Assembly: GCA_023246715.1 (NCBI GenBank)
Contig: JAHFHZ010000004.1
Location: forward strand, 1 to 50,471
DNA from: Candidatus Magasanikiibacteriota bacterium
Lineage (GTDB): Bacteria; Patescibacteriota; Patescibacteriia; Magasanikbacterales; GWA2-37-8
Direction of reading: 5' to 3'
DNA: 50,471 nt
Made by a program: the position numbers and the translations under genes. Each line of letters begins with the position of its first letter. Position 1 is the stretch's first letter. Shown here piece by piece: positions 41,244 through 49,667 of the stretch. Below the pieces are notes generated by a model. The model worked only from the letters and a program-made list of their open reading frames with translations. It had not been told where the DNA came from and did not search any database.

Positions 41244-41651
41244 ATGAAAATTTTAGCTATTGATTACGGTACACGGCGTTTGGGGCTTGCCTGGAGCGAC
41301 ACAGTGCTCGATGTAGTGTTGCCGCATGGCACCATTGCCGCGCCGCGCCAAGCTTCGGCAACCAAAGCCCAAGGAGTTTTTATTGCGGGGATTACAAAGT
41401 TGTTAACCGAAAGCCCGGTCGATATCATCGTGCTGGGGTTCCCACGCGGCCTGGCTGGCCACGAAAACCAGGCCACGGCTCGGGTGAAAGAATTCGCGTT
41501 TGAATTGCAAAAACACACCAGCGTGCCGATCGAATTTTTTGACGAACGTTTTACCTCGGCGGCCGCCGACGCATTGGGGCCGGGCGTGGCGCGCGATGAA
41601 AAAGCGGCCATGATTATTTTAGAAGGCTACGTAAGCAGTAAAAATCACTAA
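41244..41651 (+). CDS. ruvX: Holliday junction resolvase-like / pre-16S nuclease RuvX (YqgF)
   Basis: ILAIDYGTRRLGLA, DERFTS, D..AAMIILE. Confidence 0.92.
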   Translation: MKILAIDYGTRRLGLAWSDTVLDVVLPHGTIAAPRQASATKAQGVFIAGITKLLTESPVDIIVLGFPRGLAGHENQATARVKEFAFELQKHTSVPIEFFDERFTSAAADALGPGVARDEKAAMIILEGYVSSKNH

Positions 41652-41653
41652 GT

Positions 41654-42379
41654 ATGTTGAGCGTGGTTTTAGCGCGGCGCGACTGGCGGGAGTATGATCA
41701 GTTAATCACGCTCTACACGCGCGAAACCGGCCGTCGGCAAACTGTGGCGCGCGGCGTTAAAAAAATAACCAGCAAGAACGCCACCCACCTGGACGTCCCC
41801 GGCATAGTGGAAGCAGACATACTCCCGGGCAAAGAAGTTGATTATCTGCTCGCGGTGCAGCCGGTAGATTCGTTTATCCGCCTGGCCGGTGATTGGCGAC
41901 GGCTCTGCGTGTGGAATTTTGCCCGCCGCCTGGTGGAGCAGTTAGTGCGTGAAAGCGCCGAAGATCACGCGCTCTTTGAGCTCCTCGTTTCGTTCGGGGT
42001 ATATCTAAACACAGCGGAGCAAATTTTGCTGAGCGCGGCCGATAGTTTCACGCTTAAACTATTGGCGCGATTGGGTTTTTCCCCTGAGCTTGAAAATTGC
42101 GCGGCCTGTGGCGGTAAACTGGTGGGGGAGCGATTAGTGTTTGTTCCCTCGCTTGGTGGTCTGGCTCACTGGGGTTGCCTCCCCGCCAACACCGGGACGC
42201 CGCTTGGCTCAATCCCGTTTTCAGAGGCTCAGGCGCAACAACTGCGCGAATTGCTCACGCACAGTTGGGCGAAATGTGTTGCCAGGTCACATTGCCCCGA
42301 GGTGCGCCAGGCAATTAGTAGTTTTTTGGCTTATCATAGCGAAAAAAAGAATATTTTATTTCAATGGCCAACAGAATAA
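41654..42379 (+). CDS. recO: DNA repair protein RecO
   Basis: REYD..ITLYTRETG..ARGVKK; LGFSPELENCAACG. Confidence 0.9.
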   Translation: MLSVVLARRDWREYDQLITLYTRETGRRQTVARGVKKITSKNATHLDVPGIVEADILPGKEVDYLLAVQPVDSFIRLAGDWRRLCVWNFARRLVEQLVRESAEDHALFELLVSFGVYLNTAEQILLSAADSFTLKLLARLGFSPELENCAACGGKLVGERLVFVPSLGGLAHWGCLPANTGTPLGSIPFSEAQAQQLRELLTHSWAKCVARSHCPEVRQAISSFLAYHSEKKNILFQWPTE

Positions 42380-42444
42380 ATTTGTGGAGTTCGCTGCGTA
42401 ATGTTATGCTGATTTTTTAGGGTAGTTCAATTATTGTGCCACGT

Positions 42445-43737
42445 ATGAACGTATCTATTTCGGAGTTTAAAGATTATGTCGGGCAAGCAGTTACTGTTTC
42501 CGGCTGGTTATACAACAAACGCTCGTCCGGACCGATCGCTTTTTTGGAGCTGCGCGACGGCAGTGGTTGGACGCAGGCCGTGGCCGTGCAAAAGTCCCTA
42601 TCACCCGAAGTGTGGTCCGCGGTGGAGCAGGTAACGCAGGAATCGTCGGTAGTGGTCACCGGCACGATTTCTAAGCATCCCAAAAAAGAAAATATTTTTG
42701 AGCTACAGGTTGCTGATCTGCGCATTTTGCAGCTAGCCACCGAATACCCGATCGCCAAAAAAGATCATGGCCCGGATTTTCTGATGGATAATCGCCACCT
42801 CTGGCTACGCAGCCGCAAGCAGTGGGCAATTCTGCGTTTGCGCGACTCGATCATCATGGCGATTAACATATATTTGCACCAGGAGCGGTTTATTAAAATT
42901 GACTCCCCGATTTTTACGCCCAACGCCTGCGAAGGCACCACCACGTTGTTCTCGGTACCGTATTTTGATTTAGGAACCGCTTACTTGTCTCAATCTGGTC
43001 AATTATATATCGAAGCGGCTATTGCCTCGGTAGGGCGTTGTTACGATTTTGGCCCTGTCTTTCGCGCGGAAAAAAGTAAAACCAAACGCCACTTGACTGA
43101 ATTTTGGATGATGGACGCCGAAGCAGCTTTTGTGGAGCATGCCGGCAACCTGGCACTGCAGGAAGGCCTAGTGCGTTTTATCGTGCGCTATTGCCTGGAA
43201 CATTGTCTGGAAGAATTAACGATTCTGGAGCGAGATGTTGAAAAATTAAAATTGGCCGATAATCCGTTTACCCGCTACGGCTACGACGAAGCGATTAAAA
43301 AATTAAATGAACTTGGTTCGGATATTAAGTACGGCGAAGATCTGGGCAATGATGATGAAGGACTCTTGACCAAAGACAGCACCGTGCCGGTGTTTATCGA
43401 AAAGTGGCCCAAAGGCATCAAACCGTTTTACATGAAGCGTGATCCGAACAATCCCGAATTGGTTTTGAATGATGACTTAATCGCCACCGACGGTGGAGGA
43501 GAATTAATCGGCGGCAGCCAGCGCGAGGAAAATGTTGATTTGCTGATCGCCCGGATGAAAGACGAAGGGTTAAATCAGGCGGACTATGAATGGTATTTGG
43601 ATACCCGTCGGTTTGGCAGCGTGCCGCATTCCGGATTTGGTATCGGGCTTGAGCGCACCGTGCGTTGGATCGCTGGGGTGGAGCATATTCGGGAATGTAT
43701 CCCGTTCCCGCGCACGATCGGGCGCTTGCGGCCGTAA
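42445..43737 (+). CDS. asnS: Asparagine--tRNA ligase
   Basis: FLELRDGSG, YLSQSGQLY, FRAEKSKTKRHLTEF, PHSGFGIGLER. Confidence 0.95.
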   Translation: MNVSISEFKDYVGQAVTVSGWLYNKRSSGPIAFLELRDGSGWTQAVAVQKSLSPEVWSAVEQVTQESSVVVTGTISKHPKKENIFELQVADLRILQLATEYPIAKKDHGPDFLMDNRHLWLRSRKQWAILRLRDSIIMAINIYLHQERFIKIDSPIFTPNACEGTTTLFSVPYFDLGTAYLSQSGQLYIEAAIASVGRCYDFGPVFRAEKSKTKRHLTEFWMMDAEAAFVEHAGNLALQEGLVRFIVRYCLEHCLEELTILERDVEKLKLADNPFTRYGYDEAIKKLNELGSDIKYGEDLGNDDEGLLTKDSTVPVFIEKWPKGIKPFYMKRDPNNPELVLNDDLIATDGGGELIGGSQREENVDLLIARMKDEGLNQADYEWYLDTRRFGSVPHSGFGIGLERTVRWIAGVEHIRECIPFPRTIGRLRP

Positions 43738-44002
43738 CAAAATTTCTTAACATCACTCTGCTAAGAGTGGTGTTTTTTTGATTTTCTTTAAGCTTCTTAA
43801 CTAAATGTAGGCACCCTTTTGGTGCCAAAATGGTGCCGCCTAAAAGCACCGAGCGGTTCTCGCTTGGTATGACCCGGATTCTTCGCAACGCTCCTCATCA
43901 TTTCGTGTCATATCCTCGCTCGACAAATGCTCGGGAATTTTTGGTGAAATCGTTTTGTTACAAAAGGTATTCCGCCGCAGTCATTCAGCTTATTTCAAAA
44001 CT

Positions 44003-44092
44003 GTCATGCCCACCCCCACTTTTGTGAGGGTAAACTCCAGTGGGAATCCAGGTTTGGCTTACCGACTGGATTCCCGCCTGCGCGGGAATGAC
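44003..44092. repeat. dRS3/REP-like palindromic repeat
   Basis: GGGAATCCAG..CTGGATTCCC and ATTCCC-N8-GGGAAT (44070-44089). Confidence 0.75.
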
Positions 44093-44207
44093 CCGACTTA
44101 ATTTTAAACATGACTTCATTGACACTTTTCTGCTTTCCTGCTAAGCAACCAGGTAACTTGGACGCAAAATGACACTGGGTCATTTTGTTCCCCAAGAAGG
44201 AGGCCCC

Positions 44208-44750
44208 ATGTCCAGAACGCCTGCTCTGTATTGTGCCTTCGCCTGCCTGCTGGCTGTGCCCGCTTGCGTCGCCCCTGGCTTCGTCGGCATCGAGCGTGCT
44301 GCGGCCGCGCAGGCCCAGAGTGAGCCGCGGCTCACCAGCTACCTGCCCGGTATCGATCTGATTGGCACCCCGGCGGCTCAGCGGCCGCTGCCGATGGTCG
44401 AGGAGGTGGTGGAGACCGTGCCCGATGAGGCGATCGGCGGCATGAACCACCGCGAGCGCCTGGTGCTTCGGGGCCGTTGCGAGACCATCCTCGGCGCGGG
44501 CGGCCAGCGCTTCTTCATCGTCATCAGCCACGACGGCTCTCCCGAGGTCCGGCCACACTGGAACATCATGTGCGCCGACGGTTACGTCCGGGTCTCGTGC
44601 CCGCCGGGCCAGCAGAGCAGCCTCATGAGCCTGCCCGAAGAGCAGGCCACGCGCCGCTGCGCCAACTTCGAGAACTGGCACTTTATCTTGCCCACCGAGG
44701 GCGAGATCGATTCCGATGGCATCTTCCAGCTCGTCCACGCCTGCCGCTGA
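44208..44750 (+). CDS. GC-rich cassette: secreted Cys-containing protein / possible lipoprotein
   Basis: Promoter TTGACA-17-TAAGCA (44119-44147); AAGGAGG SD; hydrophobic N-terminus LLAVPA|C. Confidence 0.75.
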   Translation: MSRTPALYCAFACLLAVPACVAPGFVGIERAAAAQAQSEPRLTSYLPGIDLIGTPAAQRPLPMVEEVVETVPDEAIGGMNHRERLVLRGRCETILGAGGQRFFIVISHDGSPEVRPHWNIMCADGYVRVSCPPGQQSSLMSLPEEQATRRCANFENWHFILPTEGEIDSDGIFQLVHACR

Positions 44751-44902
44751 GCCAGGCATGCAAACAATATCCCGCCCGGGCGCTCGTCGCTGCCACCGAG
44801 CACGAGCGCCTCCCGATCATTAATTTTATCGCTGAATAAAGCGATTTTTTTGTTTTATACGGCATTTTTACCCACATATATCCACTTGGCGCATACCTAG
44901 TC

Positions 44903-44970
44903 TGCCATCCCCGTGAAAACGGGGATCCAGTACTGTGTGTGGGCTGGATTCCCGCTGGCGCGGGAATGAC
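44903..44970. repeat. dRS3/REP-like palindromic repeat
   Basis: ATCCCC-N8-GGGGAT (44907-44926) and ATTCCC-N8-GGGAAT (44948-44967). Confidence 0.75.
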
Positions 44971-45116
44971 AATGTGTGATTAGGCGTGGACTACGTACAT
45001 ATATTTTTATCCCCAGTCCGAGAGCGGCCCAATCATTGACAAAGCTCTATTTTTATGTAAGGGTAGAGCCAAGTCGCGTCAATGCGGCGAACCCCAACGT
45101 TAGAGGAGGTCTCCTA

Positions 45117-46202
45117 ATGCGATCCAGATCGTCTCCCCCCAGCCATCTGCTGTCCGCCGCCTTCGGGCTCCTGGCCCTGCTGGCCGCGCCCGGCCTGGCC
45201 GAGGCCAAGCAGATCTTCGTCGGGCCTTACCACGACGTGAGCAGGGCAGTCGTGGACAAGCCGCTCACGGCCAAGGAGAAGCTCGCCAAGTGCGCCAGCG
45301 ACAGCGCCTTCACTCTCGATGACTGCCAGCGGATGTTCCTTGTGCCGTCCGCAGCCACCACGAAGCAAGATGTGGATCTGCAGAAGGCCAAGACCCGAGA
45401 GGAGTCCGCCCGCGCGGCCCAGCTGAAGGCGGCCACCAAGGGCGGGGCCCAGAAGATCGAGGTGAACAACAACGCCACGTCTAACTCCGGCGGGAACAGA
45501 ATTCAGGCGACCTCGATCACCGAGGCAGTCCTGGGCCGCCGCGTCATCGCCTGGACCAACCTCCCGCGCTACGGCATGGGCCTCTTCGTTCCGGTGCGCT
45601 TCGAGCTCCGCAACGACGGGAACGACGCCCGCCAGGAGGCGATCGCAGTCGGCGTGGGCGTCGAGGCCCACGGCGGCATCTTCAGTGTGATGGAGAGGAG
45701 CGTCGTGTTCGCGTGGTATGGCGAGTTTGCCTGGCTGCGCGGCTCCCAGCTTACGGTCTCGGCGTTCGACGCCGCGACCTCCACGGTCAGCAGAATCACG
45801 GGCGGCACGAAGGCCGACCACCTCACCGTCTCCTTCGGTCTGGATCTGCTCGCCGGCAAGCTCGTCGGCGCCAAGCTGGGCTACGTCTACGACTACCGCG
45901 CCTCCTCTGTCGATGGCCCCGACGAGAACCTGCGCGGCATCCCCTCGACCGGGTCTCACGGAATGCGTGCGGCCCTGCGGATCGTTCCGTTCGGTTGGGG
46001 GCACCAGATATCCTTCGATCTATTCAACTGGAAGGAGACCTTCTACCCCACCAACCCCGACAACCCCGCCTACATCAACTACCAGGCGACCCCGGAGCAG
46101 CCCGCGATGAAGGCGACGGCCGTGCTCCCGAACGGGCCGCTCGTGACCACGAACTTTTTCAAGGTCATGATGACCTACCGACAGGACTTCAACTTCCTGT
46201 AG
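45117..46202 (+). CDS. GC-rich cassette: signal-peptide protein with probable C-terminal outer-membrane beta-barrel
   Basis: GAGGAGGT SD; signal peptide ending GLAEA|K; alternating amphipathic strands; terminal TYRQDFNFL. Confidence 0.7.
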   Translation: MRSRSSPPSHLLSAAFGLLALLAAPGLAEAKQIFVGPYHDVSRAVVDKPLTAKEKLAKCASDSAFTLDDCQRMFLVPSAATTKQDVDLQKAKTREESARAAQLKAATKGGAQKIEVNNNATSNSGGNRIQATSITEAVLGRRVIAWTNLPRYGMGLFVPVRFELRNDGNDARQEAIAVGVGVEAHGGIFSVMERSVVFAWYGEFAWLRGSQLTVSAFDAATSTVSRITGGTKADHLTVSFGLDLLAGKLVGAKLGYVYDYRASSVDGPDENLRGIPSTGSHGMRAALRIVPFGWGHQISFDLFNWKETFYPTNPDNPAYINYQATPEQPAMKATAVLPNGPLVTTNFFKVMMTYRQDFNFL

Positions 46203-46437
46203 GCCCCACCCCCCGCCGTCCCCTCGACCCCCTCCGCAGCCCATGGCTCGCGAGCGGCTCCAGGCACGGCACTTCTCCCAAATGTCTAAATCAAGCCAAA
46301 CTGGTTTGGAAAGTTGGGAAAACGCAAAACCGCTCTCGCCCGAGGCGGTTTTTATTTTTTTAAAAACTTCCTTAGTCGTGTACAAACCCTTGCTTTTTTT
46401 AAATCCCTGTGGTAGGTAAGTAATCAAAGGAGGCTCA

Positions 46438-47082
46438 ATGAAAAAAGATTACGATCGTCGCAAAGTTCTTGGCCTGCTTGGTAAGCTCACTGCGGCCCTT
46501 TGTCTGGCACCATTAACCGGCTGCTCTATCTTCCGTGGGGGCCAAGACGATTCATTAACCGGCGGTGGTTACCTAGACACCAAGACCGGCTGGGTGCGTC
46601 TGCCCGACGGGACTTTCACCGACGACGGTGACGTGTATCGTCAGGCGGTCAAACAGTTGAAGGAGAACCACCAGGTGCCCGCTGGCGGGCATTGCCCGAC
46701 ACCCGCCGTGCTCGGTAGCACCTCGGGAAACTTCGCCAACTTCCCCTGGGACGCGTCCTTCTGCAACGGCCTGTGCCCCGTTTGCGGGAAAGCTCCACTC
46801 ATTCAGCTCCGGAGCGAGTACTTCCCGCTCGGCGAAGATGGCGACGGACAGTCGCCGCCGATGTACAAGACCTATGGAGCATGTGCGGACCCCAGCTGTT
46901 TAAGTGGCGGCCAGGAGCAGTATCTGCCGGGCTCCAAGCGCCCCGCGCCCGCGCCGCGCACCATAAACGTGGATGGCGCGTTCGTGTACCCGCTCCCGGC
47001 CGGGGGCTGGTTCATGCCGCGGCTGCCCATGCCGGCTGGAATCCGGTTCGTCATTCCGCTCCGGCCCGTCTTCGTGCCGTAG
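46438..47082 (+). CDS. GC-rich cassette: Tat-type lipoprotein, Zn-ribbon family paralog 1
   Basis: AAAGGAGG SD; DRRKVL..LTG|C; CPVC..C; VYPLPAGGWFMPRLP. Confidence 0.8.
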   Translation: MKKDYDRRKVLGLLGKLTAALCLAPLTGCSIFRGGQDDSLTGGGYLDTKTGWVRLPDGTFTDDGDVYRQAVKQLKENHQVPAGGHCPTPAVLGSTSGNFANFPWDASFCNGLCPVCGKAPLIQLRSEYFPLGEDGDGQSPPMYKTYGACADPSCLSGGQEQYLPGSKRPAPAPRTINVDGAFVYPLPAGGWFMPRLPMPAGIRFVIPLRPVFVP

Positions 47083-47134
47083 CACCCGGTTCAGCCTTCC
47101 ACCACCAACCGCCGACCTCACCAGTCGGCCTTAG

Positions 47135-47170
47135 AACCCTGTTTTAAAAATTTTTAAAACAGGGTTTTTA
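47135..47170. terminator. AT-rich palindromic terminator
   Basis: AACCCTGTTTTAAAAA/TTTTTAAAACAGGGTT perfect palindrome plus T-run. Confidence 0.65.
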
Positions 47171-47260
47171 TTTTAACTAGTTGACCAAAGTAGCCGGGCG
47201 TGTTAAGACCGGAGCAGATTAACGGGGCAATCAAGCCCCGCATAGTAGGAAGGCCAGACC

Positions 47261-47857
47261 ATGTGCACTCGGCAGAGCGTTCTTTGTTCCCCCTTCATTC
47301 TCCTGGTCGTTTTTGCCAGCAGCTGTGTCCGCTTGTTCGGCGGCGAACAGGGAGACACGGGCGAGACTAAAATAACCGCGCCCTATGTCGAACCCAAAGC
47401 CGCCTGGGTTTGGGATGGACAGGAGTACCGTGAAGCGTCTCGCTCCGAGATCAACGATGCCATCGACAAGATGGCGCATGATCAGCACGGCCACGGCCGT
47501 ACGTTCGCCGCTCCGCTCGGGAGCGTGAGCGGCATCCCGGTTGTTGACCTGGTCTGCCCGTCGTGCGGCGAGGGGAAGCTCTCGCTCAACCTGATCTCGG
47601 AGTACTATCCCTTTGGGAGTGATCCCAAAAATGGCAATGGCCCGCCTGTTTACCGGACCTACGGAACGTGCGACAAGTGCGGCCACAGCCATTACATCAA
47701 GGGAACCGAGCGCCCGGCCCCCCCGCTCCAGAGTGAGCGCGTGGGTGGAACGATCGTCTACCCGCTACCAGCCGGGGGCTGGTTCATGCCGCGGCTGCCC
47801 GCTGGCTTTCGCCTGCCGGGTTTGCGCCCGGTTATTCCCGAGTTCGCCCTGCCCTAG
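47261..47857 (+). CDS. GC-rich cassette: lipoprotein, Zn-ribbon family paralog 2
   Basis: Promoter TTGACC-17-TAAGAC (47181-47209); FASS|C; CPSC..CDKC; VYPLPAGGWFMPRLP. Confidence 0.8.
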   Translation: MCTRQSVLCSPFILLVVFASSCVRLFGGEQGDTGETKITAPYVEPKAAWVWDGQEYREASRSEINDAIDKMAHDQHGHGRTFAAPLGSVSGIPVVDLVCPSCGEGKLSLNLISEYYPFGSDPKNGNGPPVYRTYGTCDKCGHSHYIKGTERPAPPLQSERVGGTIVYPLPAGGWFMPRLPAGFRLPGLRPVIPEFALP

Positions 47858-47979
47858 TTCTTTGGTACGTCACCAGGCGTTCCCGCTCGTATTGACGCAA
47901 TTCGTCGAACGTGCTAGGAATAGTCAGTCTCTCACAGGGCTCCTTTCGGGAGCCTTGTATCATTCCCAAGGAGATGTCC

Positions 47980-48636
47980 ATGTGTAACCGACGCAACCTG
48001 CTCCAAGCAATCGGCCTGCTGCCTTTTGCGCCCCTTGTCTCGGGGTGTCAGCAACTCTTCGGCGAGGGCGCGGCAGATCGCGGGCCCAACTCCCCGCCCG
48101 CCCCCTATGTCGACCGCAAGTTCGGCTGGGTGTGGGACGGCCAGGTCTACCGTGAAGCGTCGGCCAAAGAGATCGATGAGTTCATCGAGCAGATGACGCA
48201 AGAACAGTTCGGCCACGGCCGGCTGTTCATGGCCACCGGCAGCGTCGCTGCCGACCCGATCAAGCTGCCCGACGGCACCTGGCAGCTCCCGGGCACGCTC
48301 ACCGGCGTCCCGTGTCCCATCCCGGACTGTGACGGAACCTTGGTCGACATCAATCAGCGCCAATACTATCCCTTCGGGCGCGATAGCGACGGTGACGACG
48401 ACGGCTCGTCGGCCGTCAACGTCAGATTCGGCCAGTGCAACAGGTGCCTCTCCAGACGGGCGCTCCCCGAGCGCTTCGATGAGAAGGCCGAGCCGCTCAA
48501 GAGCCAACGCGTGAACGGCGCAGTCGTCTACCCACTGCCCGCGCCAATTGGCGGCTGGCTGTTGCCGCGTCTGCCGGCCGGTATGCGCCTGCCCACGCTC
48601 GGCCGCATTCCCATACCGCGGTTCGCCGTTCCCTAG
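47980..48636 (+). CDS. GC-rich cassette: Tat-type lipoprotein, Zn-ribbon family paralog 3
   Basis: Promoter TTGACG-17-TAGGAA (47892-47920); AAGGAG SD; NRRNLL..VSG|C; CPIPDC..CNRC; VYPLPAPIGGWLLPRLP. Confidence 0.8.
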   Translation: MCNRRNLLQAIGLLPFAPLVSGCQQLFGEGAADRGPNSPPAPYVDRKFGWVWDGQVYREASAKEIDEFIEQMTQEQFGHGRLFMATGSVAADPIKLPDGTWQLPGTLTGVPCPIPDCDGTLVDINQRQYYPFGRDSDGDDDGSSAVNVRFGQCNRCLSRRALPERFDEKAEPLKSQRVNGAVVYPLPAPIGGWLLPRLPAGMRLPTLGRIPIPRFAVP

Positions 48637-48759
48637 GCTACCGCGCAGCTCCGCCGCCTGCTGACCTGTCAGCACCTCGGCCCCTTTCCCGAATTGCTCA
48701 ACAAAATTATGAGCAAATCGGGAAAGGGCAACGAAATCAACGCCCTGTGAGGAGGTCCC

Positions 48760-49500
48760 ATGCGCGTCCGTTCCTTGCCTCTCAACCTCGTGCTGCTCGC
48801 CCTTGCGGTCGGCACGCTGCCCGGTTGCAGCTTCATCGACAGACTCGGCCGCGAGATGACCGCCCGCGGCAATCAGGTGAGCCAGCTCTACCAGAAATGC
48901 CAAGAAAAAGTGGAGGGCGCCTGCGATGCCTGGATCCAGTGTTCACAAAGCGGCGTTGACGACTGCCGCAAGCTCGCCTCGGTTCAGCCGATCCTTGGCA
49001 GTCCGCCCGCGGTGAGCGGCCTTTTGCGCTTCGGCAGGGGAGGCGGCGCGGCGGGTGGCAACAACGGCGACGAGTGTGATCCGCCCGGCGAACGCGAGTG
49101 CTCGGCCAGCCCCGACGGCCGCCACCACTTCGTGGGGAAGATCCCCCCCACGTATCGGTTCTTCGTGAAGAAGGACAACACCTGCTGGCGTCAAGCGCTC
49201 GAGGACTGCGAGTACTGCCACACCACCTACATCGGCAACGCTAGCGAGGAGCAGATCACCTTCCCGCAGATCACCTCTGCGGTGGGGCAGGCTGCGGCTG
49301 CCAAGGAAGCCCTCGCCAAAGCGGCCGGAGGGATGCCTGCGCAGGCGCTCCTTGAGCTCCTCGCCGCCGGTAACAAGGCCGGTTTCGAGGCCAAGATCGC
49401 CGAGAGCTACTGGAGCCACATTTTTGAGGCTCAAGACAACGCCGAGACCTCGGCTGACCGCCACGGCCTCACGCCTTGCGTCAAGCACGTCAGCGACTAG
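48760..49500 (+). CDS. GC-rich cassette: Cys-rich lipoprotein with CxxCH motif
   Basis: GAGGAGGT SD; LALAVGTLPG|C; CEYCH. Confidence 0.78.
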   Translation: MRVRSLPLNLVLLALAVGTLPGCSFIDRLGREMTARGNQVSQLYQKCQEKVEGACDAWIQCSQSGVDDCRKLASVQPILGSPPAVSGLLRFGRGGGAAGGNNGDECDPPGERECSASPDGRHHFVGKIPPTYRFFVKKDNTCWRQALEDCEYCHTTYIGNASEEQITFPQITSAVGQAAAAKEALAKAAGGMPAQALLELLAAGNKAGFEAKIAESYWSHIFEAQDNAETSADRHGLTPCVKHVSD

Positions 49501-49667
49501 GCCATCTCAGTCAATCTTGACAAATTGCTCATAGACCCCTACAACGAGGAGCTTTGTCCGACCTGCGGGCCAGGCTCCCTCGCCATATGCCCTTTACAAC
49601 ACCATCCCAAAGTAATCCAAGCGCTGAAAATCTTCAGCTCTAAGACAACTTTGGGAAGGAGGCCACC

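Noticed and set aside
43810-43940. Hairpin-rich stretch after asnS (CCGAGC..GCTCGG), and a REP-like remnant at 21420-21460
   Set aside because: Single copies in the window; probably dispersed palindromic repeats with no assignable function.
45114-48903. Long antisense or alternate-frame ORFs over GC-rich cassettes (e.g. 45114-46004, 47932-48903; also 38909-39577, 44004-44759, 20050-20797)
   Set aside because: Shadow ORFs expected from stop-poor GC-rich DNA; the chosen frames have the SD, signal peptides and GC3 bias.
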